From a virus, in the IMG/VR virus record IMGVR_UViG_3300037483_001116, positions 32,001 through 96,000 of that record: a stretch of 64,000 bases of DNA; one strand, 5' to 3'. The position numbers were made by a program, and so were the translations under genes. Below, one piece after another: positions 55,701 through 64,000 of the stretch. The notes under the pieces are model-generated. The model was given only the letters and a program-made list of their open reading frames with translations. It did no database searches and was not told the origin of the DNA. The first letter of the stretch is position 1. Each line of letters starts with the position of its first letter.

Positions 55701-58700
55701 CCGCGGACGCCGCGGAAGGTCATGCCGTCGACCCCTGCGGCTGACGCTAAGATCCGCGCCACCGTCAAGGGACTGTCGCCGGAACTTCAGAAGGAATTGC
55801 TGGACAGCATGACTCCGGAGCAGCGGAAGGCTGTTCAGGATGCGATTGACCGTGTCGATGTGAAACTGGCGGCCCGGAAGGTCACCAAGGCAGCGAAGGC
55901 GGCCCCTGAGGCGCCGGCTCCGGCAAAGGCGGCCAGAAAGGTTACCCGGAAGGCAACAACGGAGGCCGTTCCCGCCGCTCCGGCGAAGAAGGCTTCGATC
56001 AAGAAGGCGCCAGCTAAAGCCGCTGCTCCTGAGCGGCCAGTCAAAGTCACCCGCAGAGGAGAAGCAGAGTCGCCAACAGCTGCTGCCCGTCGGGAGCGGG
56101 CAGAGCGTCGAGCGCAGCGACCGGCCCTGGAGTCGAAGGAGCGGAAGGCCGCCAAGGCTGAGGTTGCCCGTAAGGCGAAGGCCACTGATGCCCGCATCGC
56201 GGCGGAGCGGAAGGTCGAAGATAAGGCCCATGCTGACTTCATCCGGCCGATCCTCAAAGACGCTGGGGTCAAGCGGTCGGACCTGTCGGACCTGGACCAG
56301 ACTGGGCTGCGGGTGGTCAGCGACAAGCTGCGCGCCGGCCGGATCAGCAAGGCTACGGCGGCTCGGCGGCTGCGGACCGACCGTGACTCGCCGCTCAACA
56401 AGATCGCCGACGCGATTGAAGCCAAGCCCCGTAAGGCCGCAGTCAAGAAGGCTGCACCTGAGGCCCCAACGAAGGCTGCCAAGGCTCCAGCGAAGGTCAT
56501 CAAGAAGACAGCCACTAAGGCTGCTCCGGGGAGGCCAGTCAAGGTCACCCGGCGGGCGGACGAGAAAGCCGCCGCCATTGAAGCTCCAGCTAAGGCCGCA
56601 AAGGCGCCAGCGAAGGCCATCAAGAAGGCCGCCGTCGCCAAGAAGGCTGCACCAGAGGCAGCTCCGGCAGCGAAGCTGACCCGTGCCCCTAAAGGCGTGG
56701 ACAGTAAGCTGGTCGACGACCTCACCCCGGACCAGGTCGCACAGATCAACGACTTGAGCCCGGACAGTCAGGACCAGTACTGGGGCCGGCGGGTCACCCG
56801 CGGCATTGGTCACGACAGCGCCTGGCGGTCCGTACCGAAGGGCGACGTTGAGGCCCTTCGCGTTCCGAGTCAGGAGCCTCGTACACCGAGCCCGGCCCGT
56901 GGGCCTGGCGATGCGGCAGCAGTGGAGGCGTTGCGTCGTCCTACCATTGGCCGTCGCGGGACTGGTTCCCAGCGGCTGACCGAAGACGAAAAAGACAGCA
57001 TCATTCGACAGGCCGCCGACGCCAAGGCCGCCAATCCGAACTTCCCTGTGACACGAGAAGACCAGGACTTGGCCCGGGAGGCCGCAGAAATCCAGGAGGC
57101 CCGCGGCTCCACCACCAAGGCCGTCAAAGCCACCAAGAAGGTAGCCCCGAGGGAGGTCGTCAAGAAGGTCGCCCCGAACGTTGTCAAGACCCGGGAACGT
57201 CGGGCCAAGCAGTATGACGAGGCCGTCGGTGACGTTCCCGGCGACAGGGGTGGCCTGCTGCGCAGCACCAAGAAGGCCCTCGCGGAGGGGGAACCGGCAG
57301 CTACCGCCAAGAAACGTCTCGGCGACCGGGCTGAAAGTCTCCGAACTCAGGCCGAGCTGCTGCGCGAAAAGGGCAACAGTGACGTCCTTGGTCAAGAAAT
57401 CGCCAAACTTGAACGCGACGCCGACACCTATCAGCGTGCCGCAGACCTGGCCGGTAAGCGGGTTGTGCCGGTCAAGAAGGCCGTTAGGCCTGGCGAAAAG
57501 GTAGCCGTCAAGGATCTGGAAGACGGTGACGTTGCTGTTCTTGACGGCAAGAAGGGTGTGTTCCGGCAGCCGAAGCCTCGGACTACGTTCATTGAGTTCC
57601 CGGACGGTAGCCAGGAGAAGGTTCAGAAGTCGCGTCTGGCGTCGATGGTGCGGGAGAAGCGCCTTGCCCTCACCGGCGGCCCTCAGCGCACCGGTGTGCC
57701 GGAAGCTGAAGTCCCAGCGGCGGCGAAGAAGGCCCGACCCAGCATCAAGCGGCCACCGGCCACCGCGGCGGCTGAAACGCCTGGCAACGTGGGGGATCGG
57801 CGCCGGCTGGATGCCCTTGGTGACCGGCGGGATATGGCCAAGGCCCGCGCCGACGAGCTGGTCCAGGACGGTAAGACGTCCCCGGCGGCGTGGCGACAGG
57901 CTCTGGACGAGGTTGGCGCGCTTCCGGAGGAGAGGTCTGTCCGGCGCCGCTTGACTGGCCCCGTGGGTGGGGAAGGCAACGTCGACACCAGTCTCGAATC
58001 CCGACGGGCCAAGAAAGCGGTCCGGACCGTGACGCCGGGCGGCGAGTCACAGGTCGTGCCGTTGAAGCGGGGTGCGAAGAAAGCTGCTGCGCCCGAGGTT
58101 GAGGCTCCAGCGGCGAAGAAGGCTACCAAGAAGGTGGCGGCGGCTAGGCCTGAACGGCCAGTCAAGGTCACCAAGGCGGCGGAGACGCGGGCCGCGAAGA
58201 AGGCAGCTAAAGCTGCACCGGCGGCGCCAGCGGGACCGACGCCGCAGGAGGCACGTCGGGCCGCCCAGGCGGAGGCACGTCGGGTCCGGGAAGATGCCCG
58301 CCGTCAGGCCCGCGAGGCGCGGGAGGCAGTGTCGGCGGGACGGGCCAGCGAACGGCAGAAGAAGTACGGCCCCGGCGGCCCCAGTCACATCGACATGGCC
58401 CAGGTCGGCGACATTCGCAATGTGGATGTCACCGACGAACAAGCCGACCTTAACAACGGCAAGACGCCGACTGAGGTTGCCAAGAAACTGGACTTCCGCG
58501 CCCGCGGCACCAAGAACAGTGCGGCGATTATCGACGGCGGATGGGACAACGAAGCCAACCAGCGGCGCCTGGCTGACGACCCCGAATACTACGGACCCCT
58601 TCTCAGGGCACAGCGGGAAAGGTACGAGGAGGGAATCGCGCGTGGCGACCGGCTTCAGGAGCTGGCCGACAAACTGCGCGCCACCCGCCGCCCGGTGGCC

Positions 58701-61700
58701 CGTAAAGCTGTAGCCAAGAAGGCGGCGCCTGAGGCCCCAGCGCCGACTAAGGCAACCAAGGCTGCGAGGAAGGCTGCGCCCGCGGCCCCAGCGAAGGTGG
58801 CAAAGGTCGCCGCCAAGAAGGCGGCCCCTGAAGCTCCAGCTAAGGTGGCCAAGAAGGTTGCGGCTAAGGCTCCCGCTAAGGCTCCCGCAAAGGCCATCAA
58901 GAAGGCTGCCCCGGCTGAAGTTCCCGTGCATGAACGGCCTGACGTTAAGGCCGTCACCGACCGGCTGCCGGAAGTCCACCAGGACCAGATCCGACGGATG
59001 CTGACCGGCGACTACCGGGTGGCGAAAAACCGTCGCAGCCAGGCCTCGGCGCTGCGCAAGCAGGCCGCGTTCCGCCGCAACAGTGCCGACTCGTCGCTGC
59101 GGCAGAATCCTAACCTGCAGCGGGTCCGAGATGAACACGCCCGCGACATGGCCATTGCTGACCACTACGACCGGGTCGCGGACCTGATCTACCCGAAGCC
59201 AGGGTCGACGCCGTCGCGAAAGAAGCTTCCCGACGTTCAGGAAACGTTGGCGTCGAAGGTCAACGCCGCGGCGAAAATCATGGGCAACAGCCCTGCCGAC
59301 GAGCCGGTCCGCAAGGCCCTCGACTCGGGCGACAACAGCAATGTGGTCAGTGTCCGCAGCCGGGCGCAGGACCTGCGTGACGGGGCGAAGCGGATGCGGG
59401 CCGCGGGTGTGCTGCGCCGCCGGTCGAAGGACAAGGACGAACGGGAACTGGGTCTGCGGCAGGTTGCCGCGGCGAAGGAAATGGAGACGGCGGCCGGCGC
59501 GTTTGACGCCCACGCCGACACCATCCCAGAAGCCAGGGCCACCAAGCAGTTGGCCGCCGAGGTCCGTCGTACTGATCTGGTGCAGCGGCGGGAGCAGGCC
59601 CGGTTTGACCGGCGCCGGCAGCAAGGTATCGGTGCCGGCCTGGATGAGGCCGAGGCTGACGACTTTGCCCGCGGGGCGTCGACCATTGGCCAGTGGCGCC
59701 GCCGCAACGCCCCAGTTCCGGAGAAGAAGGCCGTTCCGGCGAAGGCGGCCAAGAAGGTAGCGAAGAAGGCTCCGGCGGAGGCCCCTGAGCGGCCAGTCAA
59801 GGTTATCCGTAGAGCCAAGAAGGCGACGGCCGCGGAGGCGCCGCCAGAGCGTCCAGTTCGACGCAGCAGCAAGGCTGTGCCGGACGCCGAGTCCGCCACG
59901 CCAGCCAAGAAGGCCCCGGCAAAGGCTGCCGGAAACGTGCAGTTGGACCGGGACCTTGATGTGTGGGAGAAGACCCGCATCAAGATCGAGGATCACCTTG
60001 GAAAGCTGCGGGCTCAACGCGAGAAGTCTGGTGACACGACACCAAGCGCCGATGAGCAGCGTTCAGCGCGCGCCTTGGGTCGGGCCATCAAGAGGATCGA
60101 CGGGCTGAAGGCAGAGAAGGCGTCGGTTGCCAAGAAAGCTCCGGCGAAGGCCATCAAGAAGGTTGCTCCTTCCGCTCCGGCCGCCAAGAAGGCGGTGCCG
60201 GCGAAGAAGACGGTGCCACTGAAGAAGGCTGCACCCGAGGCTCCGGCCAGGGCAGCGAAAAAGGCCGCCCCGGAAAAGCCGACTATCACCCGTAAGGCGA
60301 CCAAGGCAGCAGCTCCGGCGGCGACTCCTCGTCGCACCGCGGCTCAGAAAATTGCCGGGTCGAGGAAGTCTCGCGTCGAGGCGCCGGAGGGCTATGACCG
60401 GAAGACTGTTCCGGTCAGCAAGGCGTCGTGGGGTATCAAGTACCCGGACTACAAGCCGAACAGGTTCACCGCTGACGTCGTCAAGAAGAACGACGAAACG
60501 CTGCGCCCCCCAGGCAACACCGATCCCACCAAGTACTGGGCCGACCCGCCGAACGTCAAAGACGTCAAGCGGGAGTTCCGCAGCTACGAGGGCCCGGTCA
60601 AGCTGGACGCCGAGGGCCGGCCGCAGAACCCGTACACCCGCACCGGCGTGCAGGACCGCGGCGAGCTGGGTAAGTGGGGCGCCAACTTTGCCGGCGACGC
60701 CATTGTCACCCGGGTAGATCCGGAGACTGGCCGCTTGCAGATGCTGACCATTCGCCGTAAAGATGGTCAGCCCGCTATTCCTGGCGGAATGGTCGACTTC
60801 AACGAAGACATCTGGAAGACCCGCCGCCGGGAACTAAAGGAAGAAACCGGCGTCGACCTCGACCTCGCTGACTCCAAGGAAATCTACAAAGGTTATGTCG
60901 ATGATCCACGCAACACCGACAACGCGTGGATGGAAACGTCGGTTGGCCACAAGCACCTGAGCCCAGAAGAGGGTGCCAGGACCGACAAGTTCAGGCCCGA
61001 CAGCGAAGACGAAATCAAGGGCGTCTACTGGGCTGACGTCGACCCGGACATGATGGATGGTCTGTTCGCCAGCCACGGCGACTTCGTTGCCACCATGGCC
61101 GAACAGATGGCATCCGATAGGGGCCTGTCGCTAGCTGAGCGTCGCCGGCTGCGTTCTGCGGTCCGGACCCGCGCTGCCAGAAAGGTTGCCGCACCGAAGA
61201 AGAAGGTCCTGTCGAAGGCTGCCGTCAAGGCGTTGCCGGATCAGCCGGACCAGCCGACCGCCGCTAAGGCCACGAAGGCTGCCAAGGCTCCCGCGAAGGC
61301 CATCAAGAAGGCTGCCCCGACCACCGCAGAGGCTGCCCCGGCCAAGAAGGCGGTTCCGCCGACCAAGCGGACCCTTGGGCAGAACATGGCCAACCTTCGC
61401 GCCGCTACGACACCGGAGGAAGCCGACGCTGCGCTGGACAAGCTCACCGAGAATCAGCTGTGGTGGATCCGCCAGGAGCTGAAGACAGCTACCGAGAAGC
61501 AGGGTTCGAGCTGGACCCGGGCTCATTCACGTCGCGCCATCGTCGAGAAGCTCTTCCCTGCCAAGAAGGCTGCCCCAGAGAAGCCGACCATCACTCGCAG
61601 GGCTACTAAGGCTGCCGCCCCTGAGGGGCCAGCGAAGGCCACAAAGGGGCTGCGCCGCGCCGGCAGCAACGACGAAGCTCCGGGGCGTCTTGATGCCGAG

Positions 61701-64000
61701 GAGGCTCGGGACCGGCTGGAGGCGGAGCTGACCGTCCGCCAGCGCGGTCAGGTGGACAGCTTGTCCACGCTGCAGGACAAGGAGGACTACTGGACTCGGC
61801 GGGCTAATGGCGAGTCCCACCTCAAGGCCTGGAGCGGACGCACCGGGCGACCCGCGGCCAAGAAAGCCGCCGCACCCGTTGCTGCAGAAACACCAGCAGT
61901 CAAGAAGGCTGCACGGTCGATCAAGAAAACAGCCGCAGAGGTTGCACCTGAGGCGCCGGTCAAGAAGACGGCGGCGAAGAAGGCCGCTAGGAAGGCCATT
62001 CCGGAGAAGCTGCCGACAGGTGCAGCGGCCCTGGTCCGTCTCGGTCAGGAGCAGGGCATCCTCGGTGCTGGTGATTTGAGCCCGGAGGCTTTGCGTTCGG
62101 CGTTGGAGGCGAAGCGTCGGGACCCGAACCTGGTGCCGATCTCAACGGAGCTGATCCCTGACGTCATCAAGTCCGCAGATACGAAGAAGCTGCGGGCCAT
62201 CGCCAAGGTGGGGAACCTCGGCGAGCTGGAAGGCGACACTCCTGACGCGTTACGTGAGGATCTGCTCCGGAAGGCCATCGTCAAGGCGGCGCGGGAACGG
62301 CTGGAAGGCCCCCCTGCGAAGAAGGCTATCCGTAAGGCCACCAAGGCAGCTCCGGCTAAGGCGGCCAAGAAGACGGCAAAGGCCGCACCGGAAGCTCCGA
62401 CTGAAACTGTCCGTAAGGTCCGCGCCGCTGACTCCATGTCCGATGTGGACAAGGTCCTGGCCGACAAGGATCTGCAGCAGCTGCGGGCCATCGCCAAAGC
62501 TGACGACACCCCTGGGGTCACCACTCGGGACAGTCGAGCCTCCATCCGGCAGAAGATTCGTCAGGCAGAGGAGGCTCGACGCAGCCACAAGGTGTTGCAG
62601 CGTCTCGGCCACCGCGGCCTCGATGAGAAGGCCGTTGGTTCCACCTGGAGCCGCAACGTCGTCAAGGACGCCAACAAGGACCTAGCCCGCGGCGAAAGTA
62701 ACGAAGACGTTGCCGCCAGTTTACGCGGCAGGGCGGAAGAGCTTCGCTCTGAAGGCTTGAATGACGGCGACTTCCCGGACCGTGTGCACCGTGACGATGA
62801 CGACCGGCGCGAAGTTGCTGGTACGGAGGCGCGGCGGCTGGAAGAAATGGCCGACAGCCTCGATCCGCCGGAGCGTTCGGTTCGTAGGGGTGGCCCAACG
62901 CCGGAGCCCGCCGCGGCGAAGAAGGCCGCCAAGAAAGTGGCTCCCACCAAGGCCGTGAAGGCGACCAAGGCCGCGCCGATCAAGAAGGTAGCTGCGAAGA
63001 AGGCCGCGGAGCCGGCCGAGAAGTTCCTGCCGGCGCTGGCCGACGGCACCCAGCGGAAGAGCCTGACCAATGTCAAGGTCGGTGACACTGTCCGCGTGGG
63101 CAACAACCTGGGCGACCTTGGTGTCCCCCAGCGCGTGACCAAGGTCGAGCGGGACGGCAACGGCGTCAAGCTCACCCGGGCTGACGGTTCCGTCATCAGC
63201 GGCAACAACAACACAGCCGTATGGCTGGGCGATAAGCTCCGCCCCGGAGAGCGGTCAGGATCCAGGGCCACTAAGGCGGCAGCGAAGGCCGTCCCCGCCA
63301 GGCCGACCATCACCCGGGCGGCGAAGAAGGCGGCGACAGCGCCTGAGGCCGAGGTCCCAGCGACTCCGGCGAAGCGCACCACCCGGCTGGCCAAGAAGGT
63401 GGCACCCGAGGCCCCGAAGTCGGACCTGACGGCACGGCAAAAGAGCGAGGCCTCCAACCTGACGCCGGCCCAGCGGCCGGGCTACGACAAGCTCACCGAC
63501 GAGCAGAAAGACCTGTACTGGCCTTACCGTGGAACCCGGAGCCACGCGGCTGCGGTCCGCGACGCGAAGGCTTACACCCGACTCAGCCAAGGCATCAAAG
63601 ACCTTGATGAGGCCGAGTCCTATGACGCAGCTCGCGCTTCATTGAAGAAGTACAGCGACAACGACCTTGGCGACATGCTTCGTCGGGACCGCGGGCGCCC
63701 ATTGGGTTCACGGTTCCCGTCGGACATGAACCGCGAGGAGCTGGAAACAGCCACCGTCAACACCTACATCGGCGAAAAGGCCCGCAAGCGCCTGACTGCC
63801 GAACGCGAGGGCCGTGAGGGTGCTGTTAATTCTGTTGTTGATGACCTGAACGCTAAGAAGATCGACAAGCGGGAAGCTGTTCGCCAGCTACGGGACCTGG
63901 ACACAGCCGAGTCGCGTGAGCTGGCCGACGGCCTGGAGGAGTCGGGCGACCTGGAGGCGGCCAGCTTCCGTGACCTGAAGTCCGGCGACACGATCATTGA
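49800..64000 (+). CDS. giant (>4,700 aa) multidomain protein: ART-like fold, Lys/Ala-rich repeats, NUDT9-type Nudix; runs off window
   Basis: GTG at 49800, MAIDLSRWKPELHPRDSKGRF; same frame checked at 60783 and 63960; no ORF in this frame appears in the track, consistent with no stop inside the window. Confidence 0.88.
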   Translation, partial: MAIDLSRWKPELHPRDSKGRFRDKWGLSPKARSEVDRLLANFTDTPPLRSNEHAASYLRTQAPPKRSDRQKEAIRKFLSREGNENIQSTLRAHDKPTPDIKELDGMMVPLEHDLVLSRVVGPDAFGLRGEDMAGVEEWNGQKLMDYGFSPYNIGDAYQIAGPHIEMRVLVPKGTPALIVGGDGNSADDARTVILPRELPTQNIKIQDDGRGGWYAMSVVAPEQGSGKVARGLAGRPLPARDKSPAIEATPDELERRGISPEEAGVPAPQEQPGRFGPATPAPGAGQQVLPQAAPTAQSIPNPAAGPPGDAPVPEGVAQPAKAIKKAQGQIPVGAGGVPEEGVEPTPRGKMPSRSARGVATPESQAAEDAKTRAAADKEAKAREDRRVAAEEVMARREEHIARRETQVAEQQAQINDLQAQQIGQQQELIDRLMQTPPAAGGGSEGGTRAAGLSPAQKRAVKGRFRPEGTSDEDRRQQELVRQIDAEEAAAAGTGGDGVPAPTKAAGAPAAPPAPPAKKGIKKAAKKAAPEAAEAAREAPGTGGGEAEQAPEDITLEQVRAYGDADRAAIADVKDEEFPALTPEEATDVERLSPEQEEVYWARRAAGAIHTRAMRGLGPQPGARKKAAAARLAPGARRRNFIGRQVRGEQLKELRPGDVVEVPSTRGGKGVQQKTVRAVDDDGTLIFTDNERFGRDRGSVKVVSQGKLKPSAAAQGKARRLSDRVAAGLSTDETIKAVRDGRITPEQAANNLDSKIYGYRKQQLQLGDNAPPELTRVIDALVKMRADLRGEGTPSADEAKKTTAAVKRATKKVAADREISGEEVPLEAVRQTPALKKAAAKSIKKTAAAAGPDLVDADRPDAANVNAVRQAKSLGDVNAVAGRLGVRIPATVGRREDRRAFLEKALSMQDGESKADYDARITELGKAPTGPVRGRPRKARPGAPETVAPETPAAAPAKKASRLARKAAPVAEAPPAKKAAKKVVAAPEGPKPVKARKGAAPAKVTKAAKATPEAPAKKVAAKAPAKAIKKAAPVKAAKAAPEKPTITRATPLAKMSDDDVLAEAGRIEGAPETPRQRAVARRAAAINTRRERTQAREQVQAARASEAEARKATAEAKKEAAAARLDAANARKEAAAAKKTAAAAKKAAPEKKAAAPAKKVAKAATTKVVKKASAPEKAAPAKKVAKAAPERPVKVLRKGAVKKAPASAFDRADAMSRLQNFENPPSREEAGALLENASRADLVAMAKEISVPGASRKTSPELRREVVEATAGRRLDSIAIRGFRGKRPGQRAPEERSVRRVKAPVEDAGIGRREIAPIPGAVRRPGLANPSASAIKRGDRIMVTRNADGQWVRTMNKGGAVPLTVDSVERALAGNQTGYVFHGKTDDGKDISTAPVFGQNVFKRAPEKVAAPAVAKKAPAKAIKKAAPAAPEKPTVTAKKTAKAAPGGLLQRVVADLEQDKQDRAAAKKAPAKKVPAKAIKKAAPEKPVITRAAPVSKMDDDAVVAEAAKIEGAPSTPRERAVSRKAGLISARRERGAAKAAKAPAKKATKALAEPKKPMAGYRDTGEVVPEADREGLHVSPQKWGGYGVYDGKQDRVEADYKTEATARRRVRELQAGDTVKAIIPKERTARQQAADKKEADRQNALARAAGRGSEVEAPAAKKAPAKKAAAPTPLDEDERLLGPALSRVTRAQRAQGIPDDKILTNPADAKAGMYVYWSPSNRFNKLVRPRTRPGKGWHVEDGNPQYLGSLPQAQVDSAVAEYNRMADQIKAARKKVPAKAVKKAVPEKAVPEKVAPAKVTKVAPAKEVVAKAVPGKATVAKAAPEKPVIKRASKKAPATRGITEAEKKAPPTPVGAARPEAAAATVRPAASWTPGSGMDTSLYLSLQQSLGKAKVKNLNTLDRETRVASRHQNVPAAYQALRADLAGSPDLQDRLDRWYRSTFKPAGGKDKDLTRSLRRGVTVEDAPRTPRKVMPSTPAADAKIRATVKGLSPELQKELLDSMTPEQRKAVQDAIDRVDVKLAARKVTKAAKAAPEAPAPAKAARKVTRKATTEAVPAAPAKKASIKKAPAKAAAPERPVKVTRRGEAESPTAAARRERAERRAQRPALESKERKAAKAEVARKAKATDARIAAERKVEDKAHADFIRPILKDAGVKRSDLSDLDQTGLRVVSDKLRAGRISKATAARRLRTDRDSPLNKIADAIEAKPRKAAVKKAAPEAPTKAAKAPAKVIKKTATKAAPGRPVKVTRRADEKAAAIEAPAKAAKAPAKAIKKAAVAKKAAPEAAPAAKLTRAPKGVDSKLVDDLTPDQVAQINDLSPDSQDQYWGRRVTRGIGHDSAWRSVPKGDVEALRVPSQEPRTPSPARGPGDAAAVEALRRPTIGRRGTGSQRLTEDEKDSIIRQAADAKAANPNFPVTREDQDLAREAAEIQEARGSTTKAVKATKKVAPREVVKKVAPNVVKTRERRAKQYDEAVGDVPGDRGGLLRSTKKALAEGEPAATAKKRLGDRAESLRTQAELLREKGNSDVLGQEIAKLERDADTYQRAADLAGKRVVPVKKAVRPGEKVAVKDLEDGDVAVLDGKKGVFRQPKPRTTFIEFPDGSQEKVQKSRLASMVREKRLALTGGPQRTGVPEAEVPAAAKKARPSIKRPPATAAAETPGNVGDRRRLDALGDRRDMAKARADELVQDGKTSPAAWRQALDEVGALPEERSVRRRLTGPVGGEGNVDTSLESRRAKKAVRTVTPGGESQVVPLKRGAKKAAAPEVEAPAAKKATKKVAAARPERPVKVTKAAETRAAKKAAKAAPAAPAGPTPQEARRAAQAEARRVREDARRQAREAREAVSAGRASERQKKYGPGGPSHIDMAQVGDIRNVDVTDEQADLNNGKTPTEVAKKLDFRARGTKNSAAIIDGGWDNEANQRRLADDPEYYGPLLRAQRERYEEGIARGDRLQELADKLRATRRPVARKAVAKKAAPEAPAPTKATKAARKAAPAAPAKVAKVAAKKAAPEAPAKVAKKVAAKAPAKAPAKAIKKAAPAEVPVHERPDVKAVTDRLPEVHQDQIRRMLTGDYRVAKNRRSQASALRKQAAFRRNSADSSLRQNPNLQRVRDEHARDMAIADHYDRVADLIYPKPGSTPSRKKLPDVQETLASKVNAAAKIMGNSPADEPVRKALDSGDNSNVVSVRSRAQDLRDGAKRMRAAGVLRRRSKDKDERELGLRQVAAAKEMETAAGAFDAHADTIPEARATKQLAAEVRRTDLVQRREQARFDRRRQQGIGAGLDEAEADDFARGASTIGQWRRRNAPVPEKKAVPAKAAKKVAKKAPAEAPERPVKVIRRAKKATAAEAPPERPVRRSSKAVPDAESATPAKKAPAKAAGNVQLDRDLDVWEKTRIKIEDHLGKLRAQREKSGDTTPSADEQRSARALGRAIKRIDGLKAEKASVAKKAPAKAIKKVAPSAPAAKKAVPAKKTVPLKKAAPEAPARAAKKAAPEKPTITRKATKAAAPAATPRRTAAQKIAGSRKSRVEAPEGYDRKTVPVSKASWGIKYPDYKPNRFTADVVKKNDETLRPPGNTDPTKYWADPPNVKDVKREFRSYEGPVKLDAEGRPQNPYTRTGVQDRGELGKWGANFAGDAIVTRVDPETGRLQMLTIRRKDGQPAIPGGMVDFNEDIWKTRRRELKEETGVDLDLADSKEIYKGYVDDPRNTDNAWMETSVGHKHLSPEEGARTDKFRPDSEDEIKGVYWADVDPDMMDGLFASHGDFVATMAEQMASDRGLSLAERRRLRSAVRTRAARKVAAPKKKVLSKAAVKALPDQPDQPTAAKATKAAKAPAKAIKKAAPTTAEAAPAKKAVPPTKRTLGQNMANLRAATTPEEADAALDKLTENQLWWIRQELKTATEKQGSSWTRAHSRRAIVEKLFPAKKAAPEKPTITRRATKAAAPEGPAKATKGLRRAGSNDEAPGRLDAEEARDRLEAELTVRQRGQVDSLSTLQDKEDYWTRRANGESHLKAWSGRTGRPAAKKAAAPVAAETPAVKKAARSIKKTAAEVAPEAPVKKTAAKKAARKAIPEKLPTGAAALVRLGQEQGILGAGDLSPEALRSALEAKRRDPNLVPISTELIPDVIKSADTKKLRAIAKVGNLGELEGDTPDALREDLLRKAIVKAARERLEGPPAKKAIRKATKAAPAKAAKKTAKAAPEAPTETVRKVRAADSMSDVDKVLADKDLQQLRAIAKADDTPGVTTRDSRASIRQKIRQAEEARRSHKVLQRLGHRGLDEKAVGSTWSRNVVKDANKDLARGESNEDVAASLRGRAEELRSEGLNDGDFPDRVHRDDDDRREVAGTEARRLEEMADSLDPPERSVRRGGPTPEPAAAKKAAKKVAPTKAVKATKAAPIKKVAAKKAAEPAEKFLPALADGTQRKSLTNVKVGDTVRVGNNLGDLGVPQRVTKVERDGNGVKLTRADGSVISGNNNTAVWLGDKLRPGERSGSRATKAAAKAVPARPTITRAAKKAATAPEAEVPATPAKRTTRLAKKVAPEAPKSDLTARQKSEASNLTPAQRPGYDKLTDEQKDLYWPYRGTRSHAAAVRDAKAYTRLSQGIKDLDEAESYDAARASLKKYSDNDLGDMLRRDRGRPLGSRFPSDMNREELETATVNTYIGEKARKRLTAEREGREGAVNSVVDDLNAKKIDKREAVRQLRDLDTAESRELADGLEESGDLEAASFRDLKSGDTII

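Noticed and set aside
50260-63997. Numerous long alternative-frame and antisense ORFs (e.g. 55593-57395, 58047-60017)
   Set aside because: Shadows of the GC-rich, low-complexity giant ORF in the 49800 frame.
1-64000. Genome-wide TAG recoding
   Set aside because: Recognisable genes are intact under code 11, and several end at TAG at sensible positions.

Overview
High-GC segment of a large tailed actinobacteriophage (or prophage) genome. From left to right it has: (i) a minus-strand operon with a Thg1-like guanylyltransferase, a stand-alone Cas7/Csm3-like RAMP gene and two ParB-like genes; the RAMP gene is immediately preceded by a ~1.3 kb non-coding array of ~35 units built from 5-nt NN-NCC words; (ii) a terminase large subunit whose intein hides an HNH endonuclease in a second reading frame; (iii) a ~19 kb RNA-rich block holding most of the ~45 tRNA genes I could read (all 20 amino acids, plus a CUA amber suppressor and Leu-UAA), several tRNA-like oddities including a tmRNA tRNA-like domain with no mRNA domain, free-standing endonucleases and a lone FxSxx-COOH peptide; (iv) a Ro60/TROVE gene with five tandem Y-RNA-like genes; (v) the head module (portal, MuF-like, protease-like) and a >4,700-codon ORF missing from the ORF track, carrying a degenerate ADP-ribosyltransferase fold, histone-H1-like Lys/Ala repeats and a NUDT9-type Nudix domain. 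The best candidate for a new system is the RAMP plus pentamer array (1757-3890). All calls are by-eye motif recognition and no searches were run. tRNA coordinates were counted manually and may be off by 1-2 nt.
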